From: Podospora anserina | Taxonomy: Eukaryota | DNA: 64,000 nt | Direction of reading: 5' to 3' | Assembly (NCBI GenBank): GCA_017654855.1 | Contig: CM030333.1 | Location: 3,410,001-3,474,000 of the forward strand | Shown: positions 1 through 12,299 of the stretch, one piece after another | Layout of the letters: each line of letters opens with the position of its first letter | Position numbering within the stretch: position 1 is the stretch's first letter | Made by a program: the position numbers and the translations under genes | Notes under the pieces: model-generated | Seen by the model: only the letters and a program-made list of their open reading frames with translations | What the model was told of the DNA's origin: nothing | Databases searched by the model: none

Positions 1-1411
1 ACTCTTGCAATGCCACTTTGAGCTTCCGCTTCGCGCTTCGGTAGGGAACGTCGTCTCCAGGTGGTCTCCGGACGTAGTCCCGCCCTTCGTCGACGTTTTG
101 AGGGTGCATGACCGGTGTTTGTGTCATCTTCTGGAGGGCTTTCGAATTGGGCCCCGGTTTAAAAAACTTGCCCTTCAAGGGGGCGATCCAATCACGACTG
201 CCGTCCTTGCCCTGCTGCTCACCGGCGTCGCCATCACTGGGACTCCGATTCCGGCCTGTCTCGCGCTTCTTCCTCGCTTCCGTGATCTCGGCCGTTCTCC
301 TGTTGCGCATTTCGTGCAGCTGTGCTCGCAGTGCCATCAACCGCTCGGTCGCCTGATCCTCCTTCTCCTTGTAAAACGACTCAATCTTGGCCAGTTCGCT
401 GTCGAGAAAGGCGAAGAAGTCACGTTCCGCAGATCGGACGGAATCTAGATTTTGCATCCCGATTTCCATCTTGTTCCCGCCAGTAAATCTGTTGGACGCA
501 TTCCGCGTGTGTGTCGATCCGGTCGTGAAGAGCCGAGACATGCGTTGGCGAGGCGTACCATCTGCACCCAGATTGACCTTGGAGGGGTCCTGATAGCCAC
601 TCGGAACCGTAGCTACCATGGAGGCGCTTCTGTGCAACGCGAGTCGGTTCAAGGGAGGTGAAGAAGGGGCACCGTGTTCACTGGTCCTGGATGGAACTCT
701 CATCGCCGGCGCAGGGAGCTCAAAGTCATGCCGATAGCTCGAGCGAGATGGCACCGGACCAAAGCTGCCATACTGAACCTCACTGCCTGGGGACCTCGCC
801 AGACCTGATCGCTCATCGTCCCGTGGAGTTGCTACCACCTTGACCGCCTTGGCCTTTCCTGCCTCATCCGGCTCTCCACCAAGCAGTCCATCATCGTTCA
901 GTTTCAGGGGTGGTGGTGTGAAGTTGTGGCCGATGTTGAAGTAGATAGAGGGAGTCTTGTAGTGGTGCTGATCGGCCTCTGCGCGCCTGGCCAGCGTTGG
1001 CGTGACGGCTGCACGGTTGATGGCTCGGATGACTGCCTTGACGTGCTTCTTGCCCTGCTTGTAGTTGAGATACTTGACGCGCCATTCTGCATGGCACTCA
1101 CGGCATTAGTACAATGCCTAGTTGTTTCTACCATGTGCGATATATCTCCACAATGCGTTGTCCGTCGTGTGTTGTTTGGTCCAGGGCCGCTGGGGGTCCC
1201 GCTCCGTGACGATCACCCAGCAACGTGTGTCTCGGTCGGCATGTGCCGCGCTTCGTTGGTCCAATTGCACCTCACGCCGACCTCCCAGGAATTGAAGAAT
1301 CTTGTACATACCTGGAACAGCGTCCTGCTCAAGCTCTTTTGCGAACCTTGGCCATGCTGTCAGTACCGGGATGCCGTCGCCATTTGATCGCGGTGTTTTT
1401 CCTTACTTCAT
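1..1411 (-). CDS. SYG1: SPX-domain protein, SYG1/XPR1 (SPX-EXS) type; 5' part only, runs off the window
   Basis: Spliced by hand: exons 1411-1407 (ATGAA), 1346-1312 and 1086-<1 give MKFAKELEQDAVPEWRVKYLNYKQGKKHVK..., later FFAFLDSELAKIESFYKEKE and VPYRSAKRKLKVALQE, the three SPX subdomains. Not in the ORF track. The EXS part would lie outside the window. Confidence 0.88.
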
Positions 1412-4400
1412 GACGTCAAGCCAACCATAGCGCGCGGGTCGCGGGATCAGGATGGGGATCAACACGCAGGATTAAGAAAAAGTAGGTAGGTAAGGTAATC
1501 GGTAGGTGAGGATACCTAGGAGTGGAACGAGCGTACGGTACGGACGGGGTGGTTCCCGTTATGCGCCTAGAGATAGAGAAAGATTGGATGACATCGGGCG
1601 TTGGATCAAAGAGGGTGCAAGTTCCAAGTTTTTGGGAAGATGGAGAAGAGCTCACTCAAACCGCGCCCAAGGTTCTTTGCTAACAATCGCGTCCCTTCCC
1701 AGTTTTTCTTTCATCTTTTCCACAGCGGCCTCGGCGGTGTGCGCTTGCGGTACCTGAAGCCAAGCCTAGAGAAAACAGACCCCCGGGAGCGACGGACCCA
1801 CCGGCAGGGCTACCCTACCCACTCCTAACCACTGACATGCTCTCCTTGCCGTTCCGCGACGTCACGACATGTGTGATATAACTTGAAGTGAGGGGAAATA
1901 GGATCTGGTCGAACCCTCATCTGACCTCACAGCCGACAAGATATCGCATTCTGTCGTTTGACGATGCTCGAATTGCGGTGCCGGCTTATCCAGTTCCTGA
2001 GAACCGGAGCTGACTCGGAAGCGGCGAACCACCATTCATTGGGCAAGTCCAACCATTGTCTCAGCTATTCCTGTCGAGCTATCGATATTCAAGACACTGG
2101 GTTGGGGGATATCCGGCATCCTGAACCCTCAGCCGACCTCTTTTTGGTGAATCCCTTACAAGCACCGAGGCCCGGAAGGCTGGTCCTGGCTAGGTACCCT
2201 GCAGGTTCTCACAAGCCTGTTCCCAACAGCCAGTCTGCTCCCGCGTAAAGGGGAAAGATATAAGAAGGTCATGGCTGAGCTCGTAGCTGTTGTGTTAGGA
2301 TGCTCCCGCAGGAACGAGTGCTACTACACTAGACTAGCTAACCACGACAATCTTGGCCCGGATATGCCCGCGCGGATACGATATCGCGCCGATTTCTTTT
2401 CAATGGCACGAGAATGAACGGACGACGGAAGAAATGGCACGAGGACACCAACGTCCCATGTTTAAAGCTCCCCTCCCGCGCCGGGATCGCCCCGGTCCTA
2501 CGCGATCGGATGAGAAGGCCGTTTCCCACGGAGGGACAGCCCCGCCATCGACATGCCCTGGACACAGACCACTGTCCTTCGCTTGCATGCAACCATCATG
2601 GGCCTGGAAAGCCATCTCATTGGTCAATGTTTGTAGTAGCGATACAAACATTTACCTGATCATAGATGAGGGGGGAGCTCTTATGCTTGTCCAGTAGGCA
2701 GTGCTCGTTTTCCATCAAAAGAAAGGCATTCTGCTGATACACAGCATCGTGGGATGCGCTAGACGCCTTGCCTCGTGCGTGGCACGCTCTAATTTCTCCG
2801 ATTCTTCGCGATGTGTGTTTCCGTCAGCTGGCGAGGTATCTGCCGTGCAGCAACAGTGTTCCCCTTTGGGAAGCCGGCATGGCGAAGAGGCCAAAGAAGC
2901 AGCCGGGCCGCTGTGGTGCAAGCCGCTGCTCGCATTGCATATGGTCTTCCTATGTCCCAAATAGGAGAGCGAGATCGCGGCAACCAATCGCTCTGAAGCC
3001 AACAAGTATGCGGTATAACACGGAAGCTCAGCCTCTTCTTCCGTGAGCGACAGCAGTCAACATGGTCGCCCGGTCCGGCCGCGGAGGTGGTGAATCCCTT
3101 CATGCACTCGGCCACTGAAAGAAACGTTCCCTCGATTGGGATTTGTGGGGTTTGGGCGCTGTGATGGAATCTGCAGTTGGCATATGTATGTATGGTAATT
3201 GTGTGTGATGTTGGTTCCGTAATATCGACGTTGCAATCTGTGCCTCTGTGCCTCTCCAGTAGTGTTTCTGACGTTGTTTCGTGAGTACGCCATAAATCCC
3301 CCCTCATCTGTGGCCGGCAGTCTGAGACAGTGTGCCTATTGTGTGCCAACTCTGCAGCAATTGTCTTGCTTTTCGACGACAAAAACAAGAATGCTTCCTT
3401 CTCCCACCACCATGATGATGAGTGAAAGATCTCGATGTTGATAGAAGAAGTCAGGCTGCAGCGCATCAAACAGTGGACCACCCCACCCCGCCAATCAACC
3501 CCACCATCAAGACCTGTTCTTCAAGCCCAGCTGAGAAGCAAACATCAATATCAACACCTAAAACGGCAACTTCTTTGATAGACAGCTGCAGAGGGATATT
3601 GAGGAAGCAAGCCACTGAGGTGTTCACCGTGGACGGTATGTGCTTCCTCGCTGCAAGATAGATGCCGGTTCAGAGTACCATTTTCCCTCAGTTTTTTTTC
3701 TTTCGAGCCTTGTTCAGCTGTGCTGGGAGGCACAAAGCCCACTTTTGGTCCTAGCCCAGGGCCAGGTTTCGGCGTTTTGTCATTTTCGGCGGCCCTTGCG
3801 ATTTCCACAATTGCAATCTCCCTTTGGCGTGATTTCAGGACGTGGGATGGTGGTCCGGCTCATCCTTCAATAAAGGCTGGATATTAAGGACAGAAAAACA
3901 GGACGACGAGAGACGAGGAAAGACGGCATCATCTCGAGGAAGACAAAGAATCAAGGAAGGGGATCTCTTATCAGTGTGGTGAGCAAACAGCAGGGAAGCT
4001 TTGCCGGAGCTTGTCAGGCCGCCCTTGTCAGTCGGAGCAGCGCAGCCGCGGGCACTCGGATCATCTCCACACCATAACATCATCGGACAAGGAACCACTT
4101 GCCCAGTCTCCGCAGGGCATGCAACGTGGGAGCGCCAAGTCTCGGCCGCTCCAAAGTCACTCAACTCAACCTTTTTGAACCACGCCCGTCTCACTTTCCC
4201 CCATCATCCATTTCCACGACACAAACATCTCCAGTCCTCCTCCTCACCTTGTTGATCTTCGATCCCGACCTGCTCCGCGACCTCGGGAAAGCTTCAAGCT
4301 TCACTAGACAAGCGCCAATCAGTATTGCCATCCGCCGTTGCTATCATCTTAGCAGCACCACTCTCTCAGCGGCGGCCGCCCAATCGCCCTTGGTGAACCT

Positions 4401-4560
4401 CGGCGTGGCCGTCACGACAACCAATTTTGAAAGCTAAAAGTCCTACGACACCCACCAATTCGAGTCTTGCCGTTTCCCTGGAGATAACGACGCCATTTAT
4501 ATCCGCACCGATCGCCCCTCTCGACCTCGACGACGCTCTCCGCTCCTCGCCCTTGCGCGC

Positions 4561-5712
4561 ATGCTTGTTCAGGCGTCGCATGCGCGACCGGCCGGAACAA
4601 TGCTTGAAACTGAATATGCTCGCCGGCGAGCCCCTCCCATGGATCCGGCGGTGAGCGCCATTGCCTATTCCCATTCCAGGACCCGCACAACCTCGTCGAA
4701 CATCTTTCCCGCTCACTTTCAATCGCCGGCCGCCCCTCCAAACAATTACTACCCGCAAACACATCTGGCTCAACCTCATGTGCAGCATCAGCGCCGGTCT
4801 CCCAGTGTAAATACGTTCAGCACCATTTCCAGCGGCGGTGCCCCTTACAGAAACTCCCCTTCCATGGACATCAGGAGATCGACCTCGAGCCGTTCCGGCG
4901 GGGCACCCGGTTCTCCCCAGCAGCCAGGAGGCTATGTGGCCCTCCTTCGAAAGCAAAAGGCTACGGTATGGTGCGACCGCGCTCAGCAGGAAGATGCCAG
5001 GCTTCTCGCCCAGCAACGCATGGCCAAGGTGCGGGCTAACTCCGAGGTGGTCGGAGCCAACAACAGCCCTTCGCTCGGACCCGTGAGTGCCGGTCGGACC
5101 TCGACCGGGCTCAGCTCTGCCGGCGGAAAGGTTGCGGCAAAGATCAGACACCACGGAAAACCCACCGTTATCGGATACTCCCCAGGAAGCAACTTCAACG
5201 TTGTCGGCGGTGTTCCTTTACGTCTTAGTGCTACGGAGGTGGAGGGCGAGGAAAGCGAAGATGAAGCCACCATTCAAAGATCCAATCACCGCCGGCAAGG
5301 TAGTTCCAGCAGGAGCAGCACGACCAGCAGCAGGAAAACAGCACCACCGTATCGCTCGTCCGGAGGCCTCGGTCAGGTTACACAAGGTGGAGGAACTCGG
5401 TGGAGCCCGCACGGAACCCCCGAACGGTCAGGATCACTGGTGGAGGACACGCAGGGCGAGCAACAATTCGCCAGCGAGGAGGCTTATGGGAAAGCAAAGA
5501 GCTTCGCCAGCGGTAGCAGCGGCGAGCGACTGGACACTGTGCCTGACCTCCAGGCAAACAGTGCACAGGTGGCCAACAACAGTGCGAGAAATGCCTCGTT
5601 GACCCGCGAAAAGAGTTTGAGAACACCAGACGAGCTCAAGAGACGAGGAAGTGTGGACGAGAGAACAATGACTCTCACGACTGGCCGCTTGTATATTGCC
5701 AACCCCGATTGA
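4561..5712 (+). CDS. Fungal hypothetical protein, Ser/Arg-rich, largely disordered
   Basis: Single 383-aa ORF with coding-like composition and ordered blocks (YVALLRKQKATVWCDRAQ; ELKRRGSVDERTMTL..GRLYIANPD). The true start could be the ATG at 4600 or 4639. Confidence 0.75.
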   Translation: MLVQASHARPAGTMLETEYARRRAPPMDPAVSAIAYSHSRTRTTSSNIFPAHFQSPAAPPNNYYPQTHLAQPHVQHQRRSPSVNTFSTISSGGAPYRNSPSMDIRRSTSSRSGGAPGSPQQPGGYVALLRKQKATVWCDRAQQEDARLLAQQRMAKVRANSEVVGANNSPSLGPVSAGRTSTGLSSAGGKVAAKIRHHGKPTVIGYSPGSNFNVVGGVPLRLSATEVEGEESEDEATIQRSNHRRQGSSSRSSTTSSRKTAPPYRSSGGLGQVTQGGGTRWSPHGTPERSGSLVEDTQGEQQFASEEAYGKAKSFASGSSGERLDTVPDLQANSAQVANNSARNASLTREKSLRTPDELKRRGSVDERTMTLTTGRLYIANPD

Positions 5713-6629
5713 AAATGCTATGGAGGGTTAATATGGATGGGTCTTTGGCGTTTTGTTTCTTTTTCACTTTTGCTTCGCACCAATACCCCTCTTTTTTCAA
5801 GGGCAACGATCGTTCATGGGCCGTCACTCAAAGCATAGTTAGCGCAATGGATTCAGTATGGGTTTCTTCTGGTTTCAACATAACATACCCGCCACTCGCT
5901 GTCTGTTGTTTATGCTGGTCATGGCATGTGGCATAGTATACAGTTTGGTTTGGAGCAAATCCAGGGCCGGAAAAAGCAGGACTCGGTCCTCAGCAAAATT
6001 TTCACCGGATCAAGAATTTCTTTTGGATACCTAACGTTTTGTGTACACTTCCCCTCTTCATGTGACGTTGTAGGCTGCTAATCGGTGCTATGGAGATCAA
6101 TCGATGACGACAGAATATACCAGAGCAACGGTTCCCCTTCTGAGACAATAGCTAATAAACCTTGCCAGAGGGGTTTGGCGGCTATTATTCCGGATTTTGG
6201 TCGTGATGAGTTCCTTGGAAGTCGATCCTATATCACGGGGTATTATACGTGACTTTGGCGCCTGCCCAAGACCCTCAGCTCCATCTACAATAGCCGAACT
6301 TTTGAGAGCAGCTGGCCTCACCACCAAAGGAAAAACATCGAGATGCCCCGAACTTTGTATTGTTGAAGAGGCGTACAGTACTTTGTCAATAGAGACAATG
6401 GGAAGGTGAATTCGCTCAAAGTCAAGTGCTCATGACGTAGAGAGATATATATTCAGTGACAGGCTTCAACTTCAACCTCCTCCAACTCTCGCCTCCACAG
6501 TCTGCTGCTTTCCCAGTCACCCAAGTACCCCAGACCAAGATACCAGCCACACTACCCGCTCTCAAGTCCAGCCACAGCCCAAGCCACTCTAGGGGTAGGG
6601 GTAGTACACACTTACCTTACGCTAATTTG

Positions 6630-6679
6630 ACGCGTTACCAACACGCTCTCTTGATTAAGGACGCGCGACCGGAACGCGT
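6630..6679. promoter_or_regulatory. Cluster of MCB (MluI cell-cycle box) elements upstream of the CAF-1 gene
   Basis: ACGCGT at 6630-6635 and 6674-6679 plus ACGCGCGA at 6661-6668, about 400 bp upstream of an S-phase chromatin gene. Confidence 0.6.
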
Positions 6680-7070
6680 TTCTGCCCAGGCTAAACCAGG
6701 GCCTTCAAGCAAATTGCCAATCATTGGCCTGCAAGTGCTTGCTCAGTTCAACCTCTCAACAACCACATCTCCACCTCCCGATTTGTATCTGAACTTGCAA
6801 CTCGCGGTCGGGCTTCTAGAGAAATCATTTTCGACATCTTTTCTCCCACTGATCAGTTCAACATCGAGCGTATACCCGGCATTCTTCACCGCTGGCCATG
6901 ATTTGAACCTTGCACTTTTCACCCCTCTTTCTTTCTTCTTACCTATTCGACTACATACCATTCTGCTGTAATAAGCATCTTGGACCGACCGGGCGATCCC
7001 GAACCGCCTACTGATCGAGAGAGAGAGAGAAAGCCATTCGAAGGCATTGGACTCCAGCATTACCGATAAA

Positions 7071-9110
7071 ATGAAGTCCACCACCCAGGACCCGAGCAAG
7101 GATCCCAAGCCGACCGCGTCTGCGAACAAGAAGAGGACTCTGAAGGACTTTTTGGAGCCGGAGGGACCCAAGCCAAAGCCTTGCACCGGAAGTGACAGTA
7201 CGTGTTGGCTTGATGTAGCAGCAACATATCGATGCTGGGTGTTGACGAATGACTTTTCAACAGAGGAGAACGATAACGACCGCCCCGTGAAGAAGAAGAT
7301 CAAATCACCCAAGACCACCAATGATGATTCTGTGGCCAACGATGACGATCTCGACTCTCCTCCGAGCTCGCCCCCGCTCATACCTCCCGGCTTGACAGCA
7401 TCTGGGAGCAGCCCGCCCGACCGGGAGACAACAGCTCCTAATACGCCCTCCCGCCCCCCACCAGTCATCCTGACCAAGGCGCCAGCCGATGGGCCGTCCA
7501 CTGCTAGCACCGATCCCACGCAGAAAACCGGCGAAAAGAGGAAGCGTACCGTTCTGAGTGCTGAAGAGAAGGCGGCCAAGAGGGCGGAGGAGGAGGCCAA
7601 GAGGGCGGAGAGGGAAGCTGCCAAGCAGAAGAAGGCTGAGGAAGCTGCCAAGGCCGAGGAACTGAAGCGCCAGAAGCAGGCGGAGAAGGAGGCAAAGAAG
7701 CGGGAGAAGGAAGATGAGCTAGCCAAGAAGAAGCAGGAGAAGGAGGAGAAGGAGAGGAAGAAGCGGGAGAAGGAGGAGGAGGCGGCCAAGAAGGCTCGCA
7801 GCCAAGCGACTCTTACCAGCATGTTCGGCTTGAAGTCCAGCACATCCAAGAAGGACCAGCCAGCCGTCAAATCTCAGAGCGGTGATGCGACGACCTCGAC
7901 AGAGACACCCACCAAGACTCAGGCCAGCGGACAGTCTGCTTATCAACGAATGTTCAAGGACTTCTATCTCAAGGAGCATGTCAAGCTGGCGCCAGCGCCA
8001 GTCCAGATGGATGAGGAGACTCGGGAGGTGCAGACTAAGATTCTTGACGAGTACATCAACGGCACTCGGACGCACACCCCTTCCTCTCGCTTCAATGCCA
8101 TGGAGGTTCTTGAGCTTCCGTTCAAGGTCAAACGTGGCCGCACTTTCCCGAGCGTCAAGAAGATCATGGCTGAAGTCTCATCATCTGAGTCTCGGACTTC
8201 TCTGCAAGCTAACCACCTGCAGGAGCTCCTGAATCAGGTTCCAGTCATCTCCATCAAGTTCTCCGAGGATGTGCGGCCGCCCTATATTGGGACCATCAGC
8301 GATTACCCCAATGGTCTTGGTGCTCTCAAGAAGCTCGCCAGGCGCCCAATCCGGACAGACATCCTCCCTCTGGCCTACGACTACGATTCTGAGGCTGAGT
8401 GGCAGGAAGAGGATGGCGAAGACATTGAGTCCCTGGATGATGAAGATGATGAAGACGAGGATGAGGACATGGCGGATTTCCTCGACGATGAGAATGACGT
8501 GGGGCCCTCACGGATGGTGTTTTCTGGGGGGATGGAGCCTGAGAGCAGCGGACTGTGCTGGGAAAACCGCAAGCGTGGCACATCTGAGCCGAAGATGTAC
8601 AAGTTGAGGATGGAGTTTATTCTTGGTAAGCAACCACACATTTCCCCGGTCACGCCGAGCCTTGCTAACCAGCTGCTAGACAAACTTGAACATCACCACA
8701 GCGTCGACCCCTTCTCCGCCGCCTACTGGGAAACCTCCAAGCCGGCCAAATCTGAGACAGGCAACCAGAAGTCGAGCGCAGCTGCGAAGGCGACAAAATC
8801 GTCATCCGGTTCGGATTCGAGTCCAAAGACCAAAAAGCAGTCTGCTACACAGGCCTCTTGTACCACGCCCACAGATGCGTTCCAGGCTCTTAATGCTGGA
8901 ACGCGCAAGAAGAAATCTGACCAGCCACTGCCCCCCGATCTGCAGGAGAAGCTCAAGGCTCTGGTCAGAGAGAGGCCCACGCTGAGTAAGGTGGGAGTGA
9001 TTGAGCTCTTTATGGACAACAATGCCAATTGCAGTAAGAAACAGATCCAGAACGCCTATTCTGAGTTGATTGTCAGGGTTGGCAGGGAGCACAAGGTGAA
9101 GGGGGAGTAG
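7071..9110 (+). CDS. CAC1: Chromatin assembly factor 1 large subunit (Cac1/Rlf2/p150)
   Basis: KER coiled coil, PIP-like QATLTSMF, KFSEDVRPPYIGT, YDYDSEAEWQEEDGEDI acidic domain. Probable in-frame introns at 7198-7263 and 8626-8679. Confidence 0.9.
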   Translation: MKSTTQDPSKDPKPTASANKKRTLKDFLEPEGPKPKPCTGSDSTCWLDVAATYRCWVLTNDFSTEENDNDRPVKKKIKSPKTTNDDSVANDDDLDSPPSSPPLIPPGLTASGSSPPDRETTAPNTPSRPPPVILTKAPADGPSTASTDPTQKTGEKRKRTVLSAEEKAAKRAEEEAKRAEREAAKQKKAEEAAKAEELKRQKQAEKEAKKREKEDELAKKKQEKEEKERKKREKEEEAAKKARSQATLTSMFGLKSSTSKKDQPAVKSQSGDATTSTETPTKTQASGQSAYQRMFKDFYLKEHVKLAPAPVQMDEETREVQTKILDEYINGTRTHTPSSRFNAMEVLELPFKVKRGRTFPSVKKIMAEVSSSESRTSLQANHLQELLNQVPVISIKFSEDVRPPYIGTISDYPNGLGALKKLARRPIRTDILPLAYDYDSEAEWQEEDGEDIESLDDEDDEDEDEDMADFLDDENDVGPSRMVFSGGMEPESSGLCWENRKRGTSEPKMYKLRMEFILGKQPHISPVTPSLANQLLDKLEHHHSVDPFSAAYWETSKPAKSETGNQKSSAAAKATKSSSGSDSSPKTKKQSATQASCTTPTDAFQALNAGTRKKKSDQPLPPDLQEKLKALVRERPTLSKVGVIELFMDNNANCSKKQIQNAYSELIVRVGREHKVKGE

Positions 9111-10078
9111 TAGACCTTTGGTCTCAAGCATCTTTTCCATCTCGGCGGTACATGCATCAGACGTACATGGAGTTTGGGTTGGGTCAGGTCGATATCGCAT
9201 AACAGGGGGGGTGTTTTTCGCGTTTTTGGCGTTTTTGGGGAGGATATTCTGCATTCTTCGTAGTCACTTGGGGCGTGGTATTCTGGAGGGACTATCATCA
9301 CAGTCACAGGGCGAAAAGAACCACATCTTGACCTTGACAATTGGGTCAAAATCAGGTTTGCATCTGCATTCATTTTTCAACGGAAGATTAAAGGGGACGA
9401 GGGGTTGTCTAGTCTGATCTGTCGGTTCCTTCATTCTTGTTACCGCGACATAACAGGGAGTTGGCCCTTTTTGACAGATTGAGGATGACTGGACAAGATG
9501 AAAGGAGGGATGGGGATTTAAGAGGCTTGAGGATTGGGGTGAAATTTTTTCTCTTGTTGTTGTCTGAGAGGTTCAAGATCTGGGGGCTCTCATAGCTACT
9601 GTATTATGTTCAATAAAGGCGGCGCATAGGGAAGAGGGGGGGGGGACAAAATTGGGTTGAGGGTTAATGTTTGGCGTTTAATATGCCCTCTTTTCTTCTG
9701 TTTTTCACAGCGAAACTAGGTATCATGGGAGGGGGGGGAGGTAGATAGCGAGGGTATCGGCTGTTTTTTCTTTGATTTCTTGAGGTGAGGGCTGGTAGCC
9801 TGAGGTATTAGTTTAGGTTGATACCAGAAATGAGTGTTTTTGATGTAGCTGTGTGAGGTCATTGAAGAGGGTGGTGAGAGAATGTGAACAATGATGTATG
9901 ATGAATGGCGAGCATGTCAATGACGTTGGTGTCTTGGTTTAGTGTAGTGAGGTGATGTGATGGCTCGATAAAGGGAGTGTGGGGACCTCGCCTCAACTTG
10001 CTATCTACTCATATTGCATTCCATAACACAGCTCAAATCCACATCCGCACCTCCAAGTTCACGATATCTACAGTCAAA

Positions 10079-10496
10079 ATGGTCAAAGACACTTCCACCG
10101 TCATCCAGTATGCACCATCACGACCCTTGTTACCTATGCCAACATGCATTGACGACAGATGTGAACAGAGAATTCAACGAACTAGTCAACATGACAGCCC
10201 CGGAACTGGAAGACTGGCTGACAACCTCTGCCTCCACGTCCACCGGCTGGGCAAAAGATGATGGGTCGGGGGAGAGCATTGGACACGAAAGCGGGAGACA
10301 TATTGTTGAGATCTTGAGCCAAAACCCGGAGAGGGATCCGCAGGGGTATGAGGAGGGGGATATACCCCATATGAGAAAAGTGGTGGCTTATTGCAAACGG
10401 CATTTGGCGCAGGAGGGGGAGGCGAAGAAGGATGCAGAGGGGAGGAGTTATAAGAGTTTGAAGAATTGGGGGCATGATGCTTTGAAGAAGGAGTGA
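10079..10496 (+). CDS. DUF3140-family small protein
   Basis: Intron 10108-10168. Product MVKDTSTVIQEFNELVNMTAPELEDWL...ESIGHESGRHIVEIL...HMRKVVAYCKRHLAQE...SLKNWGHD. Confidence 0.8.
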
Positions 10497-10993
10497 GCTT
10501 TCTATATTCTACAGTACCTGGAGGATTTCATGTGGTAGAAAATTGAAGAGTGGTGAAGATTGAGGAAAGAGTGGAGCCCCACAAAGATCAAGGGTCCCGG
10601 CAGTTTTCCATCAACCCCAGGGCTTAGCGCGTCTCGCCTCTCACTAAAAATAATGATGGAGGGGTGGCCGCACTCAGCACTGACCAAGCCGCCGCCTGGA
10701 ATTCCCAGGGCCAATAGCCAACCAGAAGCTCGGGATCAGACGCCAGATCAGACGGGCGAACGCGCAAGCAGGGCAGGGCGCAGCAGCATTTGGTGTTAAG
10801 AGGAAACTTGAAACACCAGATTCTCAACTCTATTTTCTTGTTGTTGTTCTCTTTTTCTTCATTTCTGTTTTTTCCCCCCCTCCCCTCCCGACGACGCTAT
10901 CTCGGCGACGACATTCGTTTTTCGCGACTGTTTACTTACCCCGCCATCTACAACACCGGTATCTAATTAGAAGTAAACACCACCACCACCACG

Positions 10994-11657
10994 ATGGCTC
11001 CCACAAGCCCACCACCACCAACCTGGGCAACCCTCGGCCGCGCAACCGCCCTCACCCTCACACCCCACCTCCTCCCCCGAGACCACTCAGTCATCTCCAA
11101 ACGCGCCCTCGCCGTAACCGACGCCCAAAAAGTCACCCTCGGCGTCATCGCCGCCTACGTAGTCGGCATCGCCATCCTCTGGAACGTGCCCTACATCCGG
11201 TGGATCCTCTGGCCCTTCAAGATGCTCGTCATCGCCTTTCACGAGTTCGGGCACGCAATCACTTGTGTGCTCACCGGCGGGAAGGTCAAGTCCATATCCC
11301 TTGACCCCAGAGAGGGGGGGGTGACGCACATGCAGGGTGGGAGGTCAGGATTAACTCTACCGGCCGGGTACCTCGGGAGTTCGCTCATCGGGGCGTTGCT
11401 CACGTTTGCGGGGTTTAACATCAATGCGAGCAAGGTTGCGAGCATTGTTATCGGGGTGGCGTTTTTGATGACGGTTTGGTGGGGGAGGAGGGATTGGCTC
11501 ACGGTCGGGACGGTGGCGGCGGCGGTTGGGTTGCTGGTGGGGTGTTGGTTTATTAGGGGGGCGGAGGCGTTGAGGTTTGTGGTGTTGTTTATTGGTGTTA
11601 TGAGCAGTTTGTATAGTGTTTGGGATATTGTAAGTCTGACACCAACCACACACACAA

Positions 11658-11751
<94 letters not shown>

Positions 11752-12020
11752 ATACACACATACAAGCTGGGTTTGGGATGGGGGGTGTTGCTGACAAAGG
11801 ATAATAGTGCGATGATTTGATCCTGAGAAAGGTTAATAGTTCGGACGCGAGTGTGTTTGCAAAGAGGTATGGGGGGTCGAGTCAGTGTTGGGGGGTTATC
11901 TGGTCGGTGATTTCGCTGTGTTTTATGGCGGCGGGCATTGTGGCGGGCATTGCGGCTTTTCCGCAGAGTGCGGAGCAGCAGAGGGAGGATGCGCAGAAGT
12001 TTATTCCGACGAGGTTTTGA
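10994..12020 (+). CDS. Membrane metallopeptidase, M50B-like
   Basis: HExxH (FHEFGHA), multiple TM segments, LPAGYLGS. Intron 11630-11807 joins WDI|CDDLILRKVNSSDA. Confidence 0.85.
11647..11762. repeat. (CA)n microsatellite inside the M50B intron
   Basis: About 115 bp of near-perfect CA repeat. Confidence 0.97.
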
Positions 12021-12299
12021 AGGGGTAGGAATTCTTGATTTGGGGTGAGGAAGTTGGGACAACAGAACAGGGTAATGGCAGAGTTGGGGTGTACGATGGT
12101 TACTTGGTCAATCAAGTGGATAGGGATATGTATGAGCTAATGATACCCACGGTTTTCTTTCCTTCAACAGCTCCACTGGCTATGTTGTGGGAACTGAGCT
12201 GGTGACATCTTGGGTTTGATGGGTGTGAAAACAACAGCTGGAGATCGGCAGAAGAACAATCTGGATCAAGGGTTGCATCCCCATCCGATCGACAAGCCA

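Noticed and set aside
1900-4500. Short ORFs between the SPX gene and the gene at 4561
   Set aside because: No recognisable domains or coding bias. Probably a divergent promoter and 5'UTR region.
6743-7870. Long antisense ORFs (also 23156-24391, 26173-27012, 36269-37530 and others)
   Set aside because: Shadows of real genes on the opposite strand or frame, caused by biased codon usage.
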